Of a stretch of DNA of 64,000 nt, positions 36,602 through 48,900 are shown piece by piece (position 1 is the stretch's first letter; each line of letters opens with the position of its first letter). The notes beneath the pieces were generated by a model. The model was not told where the DNA came from. It saw nothing but the letters and a program-made list of their open reading frames with translations, and did not search any database. The position numbers were made by a program, and so were the translations under genes. This DNA is from Podospora anserina (taxonomy: Eukaryota), in contig CM030338.1 in assembly GCA_017654855.1 (NCBI GenBank), forward strand, positions 4,030,001 through 4,094,000. The letters run 5' to 3'.

Positions 36602-39600
36602 ATGTCTGCTGCAGGTACCGAACACGATCGATTGCGTCCCGAGCCCTACTTCTCGTCCGCACACGGATCCATCTACTACACACCGAGACACCCACTTGAG
36701 CGCAGGCGCCGCACCGAGAGTGCTAGCTTCCCGACGCCGCTGATACAGCCTCGCCAGCGTCGACCTCACTCGATTCACATCATCTCGTACCCTCCTGGTT
36801 TTATCCCCCCGGATTTGCGGCCGCCAAAGTCGAGTCAGACGTCCACAAGGAAGACCACCAGGAAATTGAGCCGAGAGCAGAAGAAGGCTCAGAAGGAGGG
36901 CGAGAAGGAACGGAGGAGGCTGGAAAAGGAGCGGTCAGAAAAGAAAGAGAAGCGGCGGTCTCTTCGATCACTGCCACCTGGTGCTGAAAAGGTCGGGAAG
37001 GTGTTGGACAGGATAAAGGCAGTCTTCTCCCACTCGCCGAACTCTACGCCCACAGTTACAGCAACCCCTACGTCGAGGGCCCAGTCCCGCCCGTCGAGCT
37101 TTATAAGCTTCGCCCGGCGACTTTCCCGATTCGAAGGATCCTACGTCGAAGACCCCGTGATCGATATTCCAGTATCTACAGGCCGACCAGGTGGGGAGGA
37201 GATAACGGTCGAGGAACCCATCATGGCTACCGCCACTGCCCCGAATCCCTTCGGAGGGAACGCATTTCAAGCATCCAACAGGACCAGCATGGTGTCGATA
37301 CGATCCGCCAAGAGCATGATGAGCTCATCGGTGTCCGAAATTCAGAAGCCTGTAGCATCAGGGAGCGGGCTGACCTGCTCGATATTATTAGCAGAGCCGA
37401 ATGTCTTTCTCACGGGATTCGAACATGACAGTCACTCCAGGCGCCAAGGACAGCAGCAATCAAGCGCACTGCTTCGTGGAAAGCTGCAGTTGAACGTGTC
37501 CAAGAATGTCAAGATCAAGTCGGTCACGCTGAAGCTGGTGGGCAAGGCCAGAACGGAGTGGCCCGAGGGAATTCCGCCGTCCAAAACGGACCTGTTCGAA
37601 GAGCAGACGCTCCGCACCCAGTCCCTTGTATTCTTCCATGCCATGCATGAAGGCATGTGGGAGACGGAGTATGGGAGCCAGTGCACATTTGTGCCAAAAG
37701 CCAGCTCTACACATCACAATCTCATGTCCTCGCTCTACAACAACTCCAATTCGTCACTTCATATTCTCGGAAAGTCTAGAAACTCTTCTACGCTGACAGC
37801 CAAGGAAAGGAAACGCCTTTCCCTTCAGTCTGTGCAGTCCCGAAGTTTTGGAAAGGGCGAGTCACCATTTGCGAATCCGGTCCAAGCAAAGGGGTTCAAG
37901 ATTTTTGGCCCCGGCACATACGAGTACGCCTTTGAGTTGCCCATCGATCACAACCAACTCGAGACGACAAAGCTCCAATACGGCTCGGTCCGGTGGGAGC
38001 TGGAAACCATGGTGGAGCGTGCTGGAGCGTTCAAGCCGAACCTGCACGGTTCCAAAGAGGTGTCGATTGTCCGTCTCCCCGACCAGATGTCTCTCGAGAT
38101 GACGGAGCCAATATCCATCAGCCGCCACTGGGAAGATCAGCTGCATTACGACATCATGATCTCGGGGAAGAGCTTTCCCATCGGCGCCAAAATCCCCATT
38201 GCATTCAAGCTCACGCCCTTGGCAAAAGTTCAGGTCCACAAACTTAAAGTGTTCGTGACAGAAAGCATCGAGTACTGGACCAACGACCGCCATGTTACGC
38301 GCAAAGATTCGGGGAGGAAGATATTATTGCTGGAGAAGGTGGCCGGCAAACCCCTGGACAAGCAATACGAGGCCAGCGACATCCGTGTTCTGAGCGGTGG
38401 CGAGCTGGATGCTGAACAACGGGACGAGGCGCGAATGCTGGCTATCCGAAGACGGCTACAAGAAGCTGCCAGGGCTGGCGGTCCTCCGCGGCCACTCCCT
38501 GATCCGAGCAACAATTTGTTGGGTGAACTAGACCTTGGTCTGGAGAGCTTCTGGGGAAGCACCGAGATCGAGATGAACGTGCAGCTACCAACATGCGACA
38601 TGATGGCGCGCGACAAAACGCTTCGCTTGCATCCCGATTGCAGCTGGAAGAATGTTAATGTCTTCCATTGGATCAAGGCAAGTAAGTTTTTTACCAATCA
38701 TGCTCCTCATACTAACTACAACTCCAGATCGTCATGCGCATCTCTCGCTTGGACCCGGATGATCCCGCAGGAAAGCGTCGGCGGCATTTCGAGATCAGCA
38801 TTGATAGCCCCTTTACTGTCTTGAACTGCCGTGCAACCCAAGCCAACACGTCTCTCCCGCAGTACAGCGGGCGAGACGGCCCTGCCGAGCAACGACAGCA
38901 GATGTCGTGCGGTTGTTCGGACGCGCATCCTTTGGATCCCAACTCATCCAACGCGGCCACGCCGCTCGCCATGATCGAAGAGGATGCCCCGAGCCTGAAC
39001 AACAGCCGACTGCGGATTGACTCCAACATCAACACCAGCGCCGGCGGTCTGCCCAGCATGCCCCAGGCTGCCCACCTACAGTCCGCCGCTCGAACTGGCG
39101 GATCTGTGCACAGGGCCAGCAGTTCGCTGAGCCGTGCTCGGGGTCTTCCAAGTCCGCTGGACCGTGAGCCACGGCCTATTCACCTGCTGAGACACCCCTC
39201 ATACAATCCGCCTCCCTTCAACGCAGACGATCCGCCGCCACCGCTGCCGGCGGAGCTCATGACGCCACCTCCCAACTACGACATTATCGTGGGAACTCCG
39301 AGCGTGGACGGCATGGCCGACTACTTTGCACGTCTGGCTGCGTACGACCTGGAACAAGAGGGCTCGAGACGGAACAGCGATGATACGATCGGACCCATCG
39401 ATGTCGACCCATTTTCGGGCGCACGGCTGACACCTAGGCCGCCGCATGAAGCCGGCGATGACGACTCTTCTGACAGCAACGACGATGAGGTCGCCCGGGC
39501 CCACCGCCGCGGACGAGTCAATGTGGCCAATCCGAGAACACCGGGCGGTCGTTTGGTTCCAAGTCGGAGTCTGGAAATCGAGCGTCCCACCGTGAGGCTC

Positions 39601-39633
39601 GACATGACGGGGGTGGTGAGGCGGGGGCAGTGA
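36602..39633 (+). CDS. Alpha-arrestin (Aly1/Aly2/ApyA-like ubiquitin ligase adaptor)
   Basis: LLRGKLQL...VGKARTEWPEGIPP, GTYEYAFELP, HWEDQLHYDI, HWIK|IVMRISR and HFEISIDSP. The tail carries LPQY and PPNY. The in-frame splice is a GC-AG intron, 38678-38727. The start is uncertain (36470, 36602 or about 37222). Confidence 0.88.
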
Positions 39634-40796
39634 GGTCCATTTTGTCTTGGAAACGCGGGAACGGAACATCTGTAGTACTGGATATCGGATATTCGAAGTT
39701 TTGGGAGTTGGCAAACGAAAAGATACCAACGGTTCTCCGGGCCCCTTCCCCCCTCTATTGTTCCTGAGAGACATGACCTCACGGCTTGAACATTCAGCTA
39801 CCTACCCTCCACACAAACCCCACACGACACATGTATATGCAACACACATTCACACACCATCTTTATGTTTTCATGGCATGGCACAAACAAAATACCCCCT
39901 TTTTTGTTATTCTTTGACTGCATCCATCATCCTGCATGCATTGACAAGGGAGATGGATAGAATGATGACTTTCATGAACGGTAACACGGCACGGCACTGA
40001 AAGGGAAAGAAGACATCATGGAAAAGAGAGGGAGAGCGTGAGAAAGAGAGGAATAGGTCGAATCAAAAATAGGCATCGAGGTGGTAGTCTTAGGGTAATA
40101 TAATTCGAGGCTTTGTGTCGCAAGTTGTTGAACATGGTAGTGACTACTTGTGTCAAGTGAATTCAACTCCTCTTCAATGAAATGACCATCCTCATCGTGC
40201 CCCATCCAAATCACATCATTTTACTCAGTTGGAGAAATCGCAAAAGACGTTCTAAAATCAGAGCGCTCGTGGGGCCACTGGTATATTTTCAATCGCTTCT
40301 TCCTCGCTGCATCGCTTGCCACATCAAATATCGTTACAGACAAGAGCTCAAAAACAGCCTTGCGATCGATCCCTTCCACGCTCTCCATAATCCACCGCCC
40401 ATGTGATCCAATTTACTTGATGATGGCTCCCACTCCTTTCTGATCCATCTTTATCCGGGGGTATTATAAGTTCATCTTCCAAAAAGGTAAAAAAGAAGAA
40501 CCAACCAAAAAAAAAAAAAAAAAAAGAAGGGTCACCATAAAGACAAAAACACACTGCCCACTGAATACCTGCTCCCAAAACGCCACAAGAATAAAAGACC
40601 ATTGTATCGATAGGTAGCTTGTCCACCAATACTAGTGACTTGCTCGAAAATGCACAAGTCCCGACCCCAACACCCAGAATAATGCATATGCTGTGTCAAC
40701 AAGACAAGAGCTGAAGAGCTGGAAAAGCGTAAATAATACAATGTGGCGTGAAGGAAAGACGCCGAGAAAACACAGAATAAAAAGATGGCCAGACAT

Positions 40797-42902
40797 TTAG
40801 TAGTGCGAACGGAATGAATCCGGGCGCCCGACAGGCGGCACGTGAGGGGGTCGATGCGGTGCGGGATCGGGAAGCACCTGTTGCGAAGAAGGGTAAGAGT
40901 GCTGTCTGTCCATGGTGTACTCTGGCACAATGCCTGTCCGGTATTCGTTCCTCCTTCCAAGCGGCTGATAGTGCATCTGGTTTGGCGTAACAGCGTTCTG
41001 GAAATGGTACTGGTGGAGGAAGGCAGACGCGGGCGGAATGAGCAGCGTGTTGACTTGTCTCACGGGCTTGTAGGGACTATCGCGTTGCTGCAGATAAACC
41101 GATGGCGAGTGTGAGATGGGCGTGTGCAGTCCGCTGGTGGCCCCAGCGTTCCCCATGGGTGTCCCAGAATGATGACCATAGGGGTCGACGGAGAGTGGCG
41201 AAGACCCGGCCATGTTGGCGCTGGAAGCCAGGTGGTGCTGGGGAGATGGACGCTTTGTTGGCGTGCCATAGGACATGGGCGGGAAGCTTGTTGTCGGAGT
41301 GGTCACCGACTGTGGCGCCGAGCTCACACTGGGCCCGGATGTAACCAGCACAGACTGCTGGGGCGCATAAGTGGTGGCATTGGGGTACACGGTAGCCATG
41401 GCACGCACACCCGGCACAAGCGGCGGCAGTGACAGTGGTGAAGCCTGTGGCGGTGCGTATGCCGCCGAGGATGTGAACGACTGGGTTGTCACGAGGGGAC
41501 CAGCATGGCCTGTGTTCAGTGCCAAACTGGGCACGGCAACACGCCCTTGATCTGAGCTCATGGATGGAAGTGGCCGACTCTGGCCGGTAGCAGAGTGGAT
41601 GGGTCGCTGAGAGCCGATAGGAGGGTGCGAGGCAACGTGTAGACCTTGGAGCGGTGGTGCCTGCGATGGGAGGTGGTGGGCTGGCAGGTGGATGGGTTGG
41701 GGTTGTTCAGGGGCAGTACGGCCAAGACGCTTCGCAGGGGGCTCGGTCGGGTCATCTTCGGTAAAACTGCGCTTCCTCAAAAGGTGCTGTTCTGGCTTCA
41801 AGGCAAGGGGCGAAACGGCACTGTTGGATGAATAGGGGTGTGGCCAGCCCACTGGCCCATGATTGTTGCTGTTCTGTATGTTTCCGCCAGAAAAGGGCCC
41901 GGCTGGGGTCGGCTGCATCGCGGCGGTGCTCATCGGAGATGGAATTGGTGAGGCAAAAGCGCGATGGCTCGGCGACGGCATCAACAGCGGCGATGGCGAA
42001 GGTGAGGGTGATCGTTTGGCGATTTCCAGGTACTCGTACACGTTGGCGAGCTTGTCCAGCCATGCGCGCCACTGCTCGGCAGAAACCAGCAAACTATATC
42101 TCATGTTGCTCAAGAACTCAACCTCCATCACGTGAATCTCGTTCACCCCAATGCCTGACACCTCTGCCCATGTCTTGTTGGTATAAGTGTTGTCATCCAG
42201 AAACTTGTTCCCAAGCATCAGGGCGACGGTCAACAAGCGGAACTCGCTGCCCGGTCGACCCTTCACGCTGGGGTTGGCCATTTTGAGCCTATAGATGTAG
42301 AGAAGCGCAAGCAGCGCCACATTTTGGGTGATCTTTGTAGCGTCCACGATATTCATTACCCATTTCTTGAAGTCGGATGTCGCCACAGCGTTGGCCGACA
42401 ATCGAGCAATGGCGGCGTTTGGTGGCAGGGTCCGTATTTTTTCAGCCGTCTCAAACGTCTGCGGAGACTCGAACCAAAAGAGAGCCGCGACCTCGGCCAT
42501 CAAGTCTCCCAGATTCCCACCCCTCGGGCTGATGCATTCTGGAATTTCCATGCTGTGAAACACCAGGCTCATGTCCAATGGCGGCGATGATGGTCGGGAA
42601 GAGTGCCGGTTTGACCCTCGTCGTTGGTTAGGGGCAACCGTTGAGCTCGGCAAGGCCGCGACGGGAGCAGCAGAGGAGGAGGGCAGATTTGGTCTCGGAG
42701 CTTGTTGGACCTGGGGCTGCTGATAGACAGGTGCAGAACATCGTGAGGTGGAATTGTATATTTGCTCGTTCGGCGGTGGTCGCTCGTTCAGGGCGGATCG
42801 GTAGCGATCTTGCTGGGGCATTGGTGGTGGGGCGTGGGTCGAATGGTGGTGGATGTGGTTTTTGGAGGATGCCAAGTGAGGCATCTCGTAGGTGGTCCCC
42901 AT
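40797..42902 (-). CDS. Pho80/Pcl-family cyclin, Clg1/Mug80-like
   Basis: Cyclin box ALLALLYIYRLK...RLLTVALMLGNKFLDDNTYTNKTWAEVSGI...MEVEFL, followed by a long P/S/H-rich tail with SPYKPVR. Intronless 701-aa ORF. Confidence 0.9.
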   Translation of the reverse strand: MGTTYEMPHLASSKNHIHHHSTHAPPPMPQQDRYRSALNERPPPNEQIYNSTSRCSAPVYQQPQVQQAPRPNLPSSSAAPVAALPSSTVAPNQRRGSNRHSSRPSSPPLDMSLVFHSMEIPECISPRGGNLGDLMAEVAALFWFESPQTFETAEKIRTLPPNAAIARLSANAVATSDFKKWVMNIVDATKITQNVALLALLYIYRLKMANPSVKGRPGSEFRLLTVALMLGNKFLDDNTYTNKTWAEVSGIGVNEIHVMEVEFLSNMRYSLLVSAEQWRAWLDKLANVYEYLEIAKRSPSPSPSPLLMPSPSHRAFASPIPSPMSTAAMQPTPAGPFSGGNIQNSNNHGPVGWPHPYSSNSAVSPLALKPEQHLLRKRSFTEDDPTEPPAKRLGRTAPEQPQPIHLPAHHLPSQAPPLQGLHVASHPPIGSQRPIHSATGQSRPLPSMSSDQGRVAVPSLALNTGHAGPLVTTQSFTSSAAYAPPQASPLSLPPLVPGVRAMATVYPNATTYAPQQSVLVTSGPSVSSAPQSVTTPTTSFPPMSYGTPTKRPSPQHHLASSANMAGSSPLSVDPYGHHSGTPMGNAGATSGLHTPISHSPSVYLQQRDSPYKPVRQVNTLLIPPASAFLHQYHFQNAVTPNQMHYQPLGRRNEYRTGIVPEYTMDRQHSYPSSQQVLPDPAPHRPPHVPPVGRPDSFRSHY

Positions 42903-45900
42903 GTTCTCGTCGGCCGGTGGTGTTCAGAGTCCACCCGAGTAGTCGGGGTCTCGCAGGTCGCCGAGGTTCGGGGTATGGAGGGGGAGCAGGCGAAGTCCTC
43001 GAGGAGCGGGCAGTTGACACTGGTGCATGCCCTCCGGCTGAAGGTGGTGACGAGAGGGCTGGCGAAGAGAAGCGGAGAAGAAGTCGGAGGAGCAAGAGGA
43101 GGAGGAGATGATCGCAATTGAAGTCATGCGGTGAGGACTCTTTCTCTTGTCGACAGCTTTGGGGGAACCTGGAAAAGGGGGGTGGGGGGGGGTGGTGGTT
43201 GAACCGAATCGCAAACGAAAAAAGCAGCCGGTTGCTACTAGACAGATGTTGGTGGTTGCTGGTCCGAAATCACATTCCACGCCAGGAACTGCAGAGAACC
43301 GCAGAGAGTTCTTTCCACTTTGCTTCGTACCTGCAAGCTTTTTGCCTTTTGTTGCATCACACGACTAGGAGCTCGCTCCTGCCTCAACAAGCTCAACCTT
43401 TTATGGCAGCAGGTACGAAGCTTTGGAGTGAAGTGAAATCGTGTTGTTGGACGTGTATTGCGTTGTGACCTCAGCCATGGCAGGGACCCCGTCAATATAC
43501 GCTTCCACGTCCCGAACTCGAGCTACTAAGCCAGCCAAGTCCAGTCCAACCCAGCCAGCCAGCCAGCAATTCTTCTTCTTGATACAAGCAAGGTAGTAAG
43601 GTAGGAGTCGCTGCAGGAGCTGGATAGGTGGTGAGGTGGTGAAGCAGCTGCCTGGGAAGAACCTGGAAAGGACGAAGGGAGAGTGATTCATCAATGGATG
43701 GGAAGAAGGGAGGAAAGTGACGACGAAGAGGACGACGAGGAGGTTGACGAGGAGGAGGAGAAAGATCCTCGATCCGTGAAAACATCCATACCTTTTTCTT
43801 CTCCAGGTTGTCTACCTTGCCTGCTCCATGTGAGAAACTTGGGTTGCGTAGCTGGTGCGTTGCTGCGTCTTAGTCCCAGTCGCCGCAAATGCTGCTAATT
43901 TACTTTGTCCCTGGTCGACGTCGTTGTCTGTGTCTGGTGCCGTGCAAGGGGGCGCTGTGCCGCCGCGGTCGTTCTGTGCCCGCAGCTCAGAGCAGGTCAG
44001 GTACCTTACCTACTGTACTGAGGTACCTTCTGAGGTACAAACCCACCCACTACTTGCAGCCTGCCCCACAGGGCTCCGACACCACCTCACTGGACCTCAG
44101 CCATGGAATCCTCGCTTGCCACTTGCACTGAACTTGGTTTGATGCTTCTTCCAGCGTCTTCTTTCTTTCTTCGTCAACCATTCATAGGTTTGAGCTCAAA
44201 AGGACTCGCCGTTTACCGAGTATGGAGGACAAATAGGAAAAAGAGAGGCTACGACTGCCACGGCTGTGAACAGGCCTGGGCACAGTGGGGGAGGAGGGGA
44301 GGGGGTGGTGGAAGTCGTTCTTTTTTTTGTCCCTGTCCACGCATTTTGGCTTGGGGCGCGCACATCGCCCGGGCACCTCAGCCAAGCAACCTGGAAGCTC
44401 CCACCCATCAATTCGTTCCCTCCATCCCGCCGCAGCACGCTTTGTCCTCCACCATGCGTTGGAGGCTGGCACGCCGGAGACACCACCACCAGAAAGAAGT
44501 AAGGTGGCCGGACTGTCCTATGGCTTTCTCAGCCTGGGCTGTTGAAAGATTGACTCCTCACTCAATCGATACTCAATGCCCTGTTCTGTTGATTTTACGT
44601 GTCTCCGGGTCACCTAGCGCGAGCCATGGCCACCTCCATGCCTGAGGGGGAGGGGGCAGGAAACACTGGAGGGAGGCGCACACCAAGGAGCAACCTGAAA
44701 GCAGCCACATGTCCGAGTAAGAAAGCCCGGATCGCAGGGATTCCCAACGATTCAAAAGCCCCAACCCAAGCCCTTTTTTTTTTGTCTCGCTCGAAACGGA
44801 GCATGTTTTTGTTATTTACAGTGCGCACTGTATGCGGTCGGTCGGTCCTCCATATTTCCTTATATATTGCCGCTAAAGAGTTTAGGGAAATGGCTGCAAC
44901 AACCAGGTGCCATCCTCTCCCTCCGGCGTCTCCACTGGCGATCAGTGATTGATGATAGAAAAAAAAAAGGGGGCAATCGTGGTCCTCTTTTTCCCTCATC
45001 AAGTTCCATCTCAGTAATGGCTGACGAATAGCGGTATGTACGGGTTGCCGACAACCCCTCGGCCCTCCTCTTTTCAGCACCGGGTCGGTCCATGTCATCA
45101 TCGTTGCCATCAGAGTGTCCGTCATGATGCAACAGACTAAACAAAGTCCAGACGACAACAGCCCGAGGGAGGGGGAGGCATCCAGACGCGCGTGATTATT
45201 CTTGTACCGTGTGCATTCATCTATCAATCTCTTTCCTGTCTTGGCTCTTTGCCCTGCCCTTGCTCGGCTGCCGCCTGTGTGACTGGCTGACGTACTGAGA
45301 AATGTTCCACCGTTCAATCATACCACTCACTGATTGAGAGTGCGAAACTGTGTTGGGTTTTCTGGAACCCTGGCTTTTGGGGAGCCAGAAGAGAGAAAAA
45401 GGAGGGAAGGGGTGTGGATGTCCGCCGAGATTTTTCTATGTATCTGGCCGTTTGAGCCGAAGAATCCTACACGCTTGGATTTGTTTCTGCAACACTGAAA
45501 GCAACAGGAATGGAATCATGCCGCACAGTGCGCCAGTCTGAGTCTGAGGGGTCTACACACTTGCCTGGTGCGCCTTGGGCCCAGCCCGGTACGAGTGGTA
45601 AAAAGAGAGATAGATCATAGGACTAAGCAGGCGGCTGCATAAAGCCCGAATGCACCATCCATTCCGCAAACACCACTTGTGACTCGGAGACATTGATCAA
45701 GGGACTCCATGATGGTGATGGCTGATGATCAAACCCCTGTCGACCTCCTCTCGGCAAGACACCGTCTCCTGCCATCGGCCACACCAAAAAGGTGGTCAAG
45801 TGGTTATGGTAGAACAGCGCGGGGACCTCCCCAAACGTGGTTTATTATAGGCAAAGCCCCTCGAAACGGATGGTTCCAAAAACCCGTGGCGCCCACATAG

Positions 45901-48900
45901 ACTCTCGCATTCTTGTGGCATCTGGCATCTGGCTGACTCGTAATGCCTTGAGCCACTGTCCTATCCTCATCAGTGTCATCGTGTCTTGAAGCAGGCTCTG
46001 ATGACATGTCGACAAGCGCCAAACCGGAATCTGGGCGCCCTTTTTTTTGGCGGTTCAGGGTTGGATCGGACTCCTGGCAAGCCTGGAACCTGGGGAGTGG
46101 AGTGGAGTGGCTTTATCCGTATTTCCACTCAGCAGAGCATGACGGTGCAGGTAAGAGCCTTGATAAGAGCGCTGGCAAACCGGGAGAAGGGTACCAGACA
46201 GAGAGTCTCACGGCATCGTCTTTCCCCTATCAAAGGGCCAAGCGACCAATCCTCCTCCAGGGGGGTGGGTGGGTGGGTTGGGACCCTTTTGTGCTCTGTG
46301 TCTGACATGCACACACGCTGCCAACAAATTACAAGGGAGGCACACACAGGATCGGCCGAGTAGGTCAAAAAGTAAGCAACGGTCGTATCAACCCATTCTC
46401 GTGTAAAATCGACAAGAGGCGCAAGTCATCGTCGCATCCGTTTCCTACCTTGCCCAGTTCAGCTGCAAACTCCGTCCCCCGGTCTTGTCAAGTGGCTACA
46501 CCATCAGAACGGAAACGGATGGTGAGGGGTCGTGATAGTCGTTTGCTCTCGGAATATCCGCATCAAACCCCGCCACAGAAAACTTTATCGGAGAGGCGGT
46601 TTTTTTTGTTGCCTTTCCCGGAATCTTTGGCTGCGGGAAATCAGAAAGTAAGCCAATAATAGCCTTTACTCAACAGCAAAGGAGCGTCTCCCGAGCTTCG
46701 AAAGAAGCAAAGGAAAGGAGCACAATATCCGTGTCGGACACTTTGTACACATAGTGACGCCCATGCCTCGTGGACGGAAGCTCCGGGCGGGGGCTTTCCG
46801 GCAACGAATCGTCCGGAGGTCCTCCGGAAGCCAAGCCGCACTTGGGTGTTCCGGGGAGCACAATATGAGGTGGATTTAGTTGGTTGCTGGGGAACTCACC
46901 ACTGTCAGGGTGCATCACGAAGATGGCCATTTCTGACCCCAGGATTGGTCAGCTGCCTTTGCCTACCAACTCGTGCCCCGAACAAGGCTGGAGCTTGTCG
47001 GACGGCCGCAGACGGAGCTGTTTGCGGATCGCTGCGTTTACTTGCTTTCCCATTTGCCTCTTTTTGCGGCCTTGTTGGTGGGACCGACTGTCGTAACCCC
47101 CCCTTCTAGGTTCCCCCGCTTCCAAAACTCGCTTCGCAGGCTTTGTCTAATGTAGGCTCGGTGCGGTGCGCCGTGAGGCGGCTGACATGCGAAACTGAAC
47201 CGATAACAGCAGGTTTGTAGCGCAACGCCCGGTCCGCCAAAAGTCCTCTTGCCTCTCTGTTGCATTGGGGGGTCGTGTGTGTTCCGAGGAGCACCTCAGT
47301 CCTGCCGTCCGCCCAGTCAGCGGGGTGGGAGTGCCTCTGCTATTTTTCGCACTTGCTGCAGCCGAACTGTCAGAAACTCAAGGAGCTAGATGGATGCGTC
47401 TCCATGGGTGCGGAGCATGCCGCCCGAGCGAGTGGTTCATTGGGGGGTTCTGTTGAGCTTCGCTCTTCTGACCGGGAAGCATATTGCACCACATAAATTT
47501 GCAGATCGAGGTTACCGCTCTGGAACTAATATCACATGTTGCCGCCTTCCCACCTCACTGGGGGGGAAATCAACTAACGCGAGAATGGCGTTCCCCACTT
47601 GTCAGCGCGTGTGTCTTCCGCGTCAAAGCCCCACCTCCGTTCTTCGCACTGGCCAGTTTGATGAGCCAAGCAGGCCCATACGGCCGTGTCCGGAACACAG
47701 GATCGGGATCCCCCCAACTTGCACACACCACAACGTCATATCCCTTGATCATCTCTCTCCGCCAACTTGGTTTGAACTGCAAGGGAACTAATAGGCAGTA
47801 GTCCTTGTTGTGTTCCATATTCCCGTTTCTTGCATATTCTGTGTCTGTTTTGTCTGGGACCACTTGATGCCGCAAGGGCCTTGCGGCGTCACTATACGTA
47901 CACCTGTGGCATTTTGTAAGAGTCGAGTAGGTCAAGAAAGATTTGGGCTGATGAAACATTGAATAAAAGATGTTTTGCATCAGCTTCCATGATTGGAAAT
48001 AGCTAGATCAAACATTAAGAACAATACAAACGGCTGCCTTTCCAGAAGGACCATAATCGAGAGGTAGCCTCATGGTTGCTGGCTGGTTTGATGGGGAGTA
48101 AATGAACAGCATGACTAAAACTGCAGGTTTGAATCAAAATCTGGCTGAACTCAATATCCTGTAGGTCATGTGGAAAAGTGATGATGTTCAGCAGAAATCC
48201 CATCAAAGAGCGTGTGCAGACAGAAGATAATAGCGAAGTAGGTAGGTAGTCGTCCGCCGATTTTCCAATGGACTGAAGGGCCAGGTATAAACTGGTATGC
48301 CTTACCGAGCCTAGATAGAGAAATGTACTACTTGCTTTGACCTGACACCTTGAAGTGGCAGCACTTGTACAGAATTATATCCATAATACGCTATGTAACT
48401 AGCTACCTGCCCACGAAATTATGCCTACCGATCTGGACTGATTCTCGGATTATGGGCAACACTGTCACTGTGTTTGATTTCAACGCCCCCTTTTTCCTTG
48501 AAAGGATCCTGGAGCTTTTGGGGTTGTGCTGCACAACTTAGTGGGTAGTTGATGATAGTCTCGCGGCGCATGATAAGCCACTACATTGACCAGGTAGATC
48601 AACATCTGTATCGATCACTAGCCCAACAACTAGGTACTGGAGTGGAAGTAACAAGACAAAATCTCAGCAACAGAACCAAGCCAGACTGCTGATATTCAGG
48701 GTCTCAGCAAGCGGTGGCAAATGTCTGTCCCCTCCCGTTCGAGATGCAGGCACACAAGCTTCCAAAGAGCGCACTATCCAATCGATCTATCAACAACATG
48801 GCATGTCGTTGTCAACACAAGCACCAAGTGTCTCGGCAAGTATCCATCACACCACCCGAAGCAGAACATTTCCCGATGAGCAAAGGTTAGGTAGATCTAG

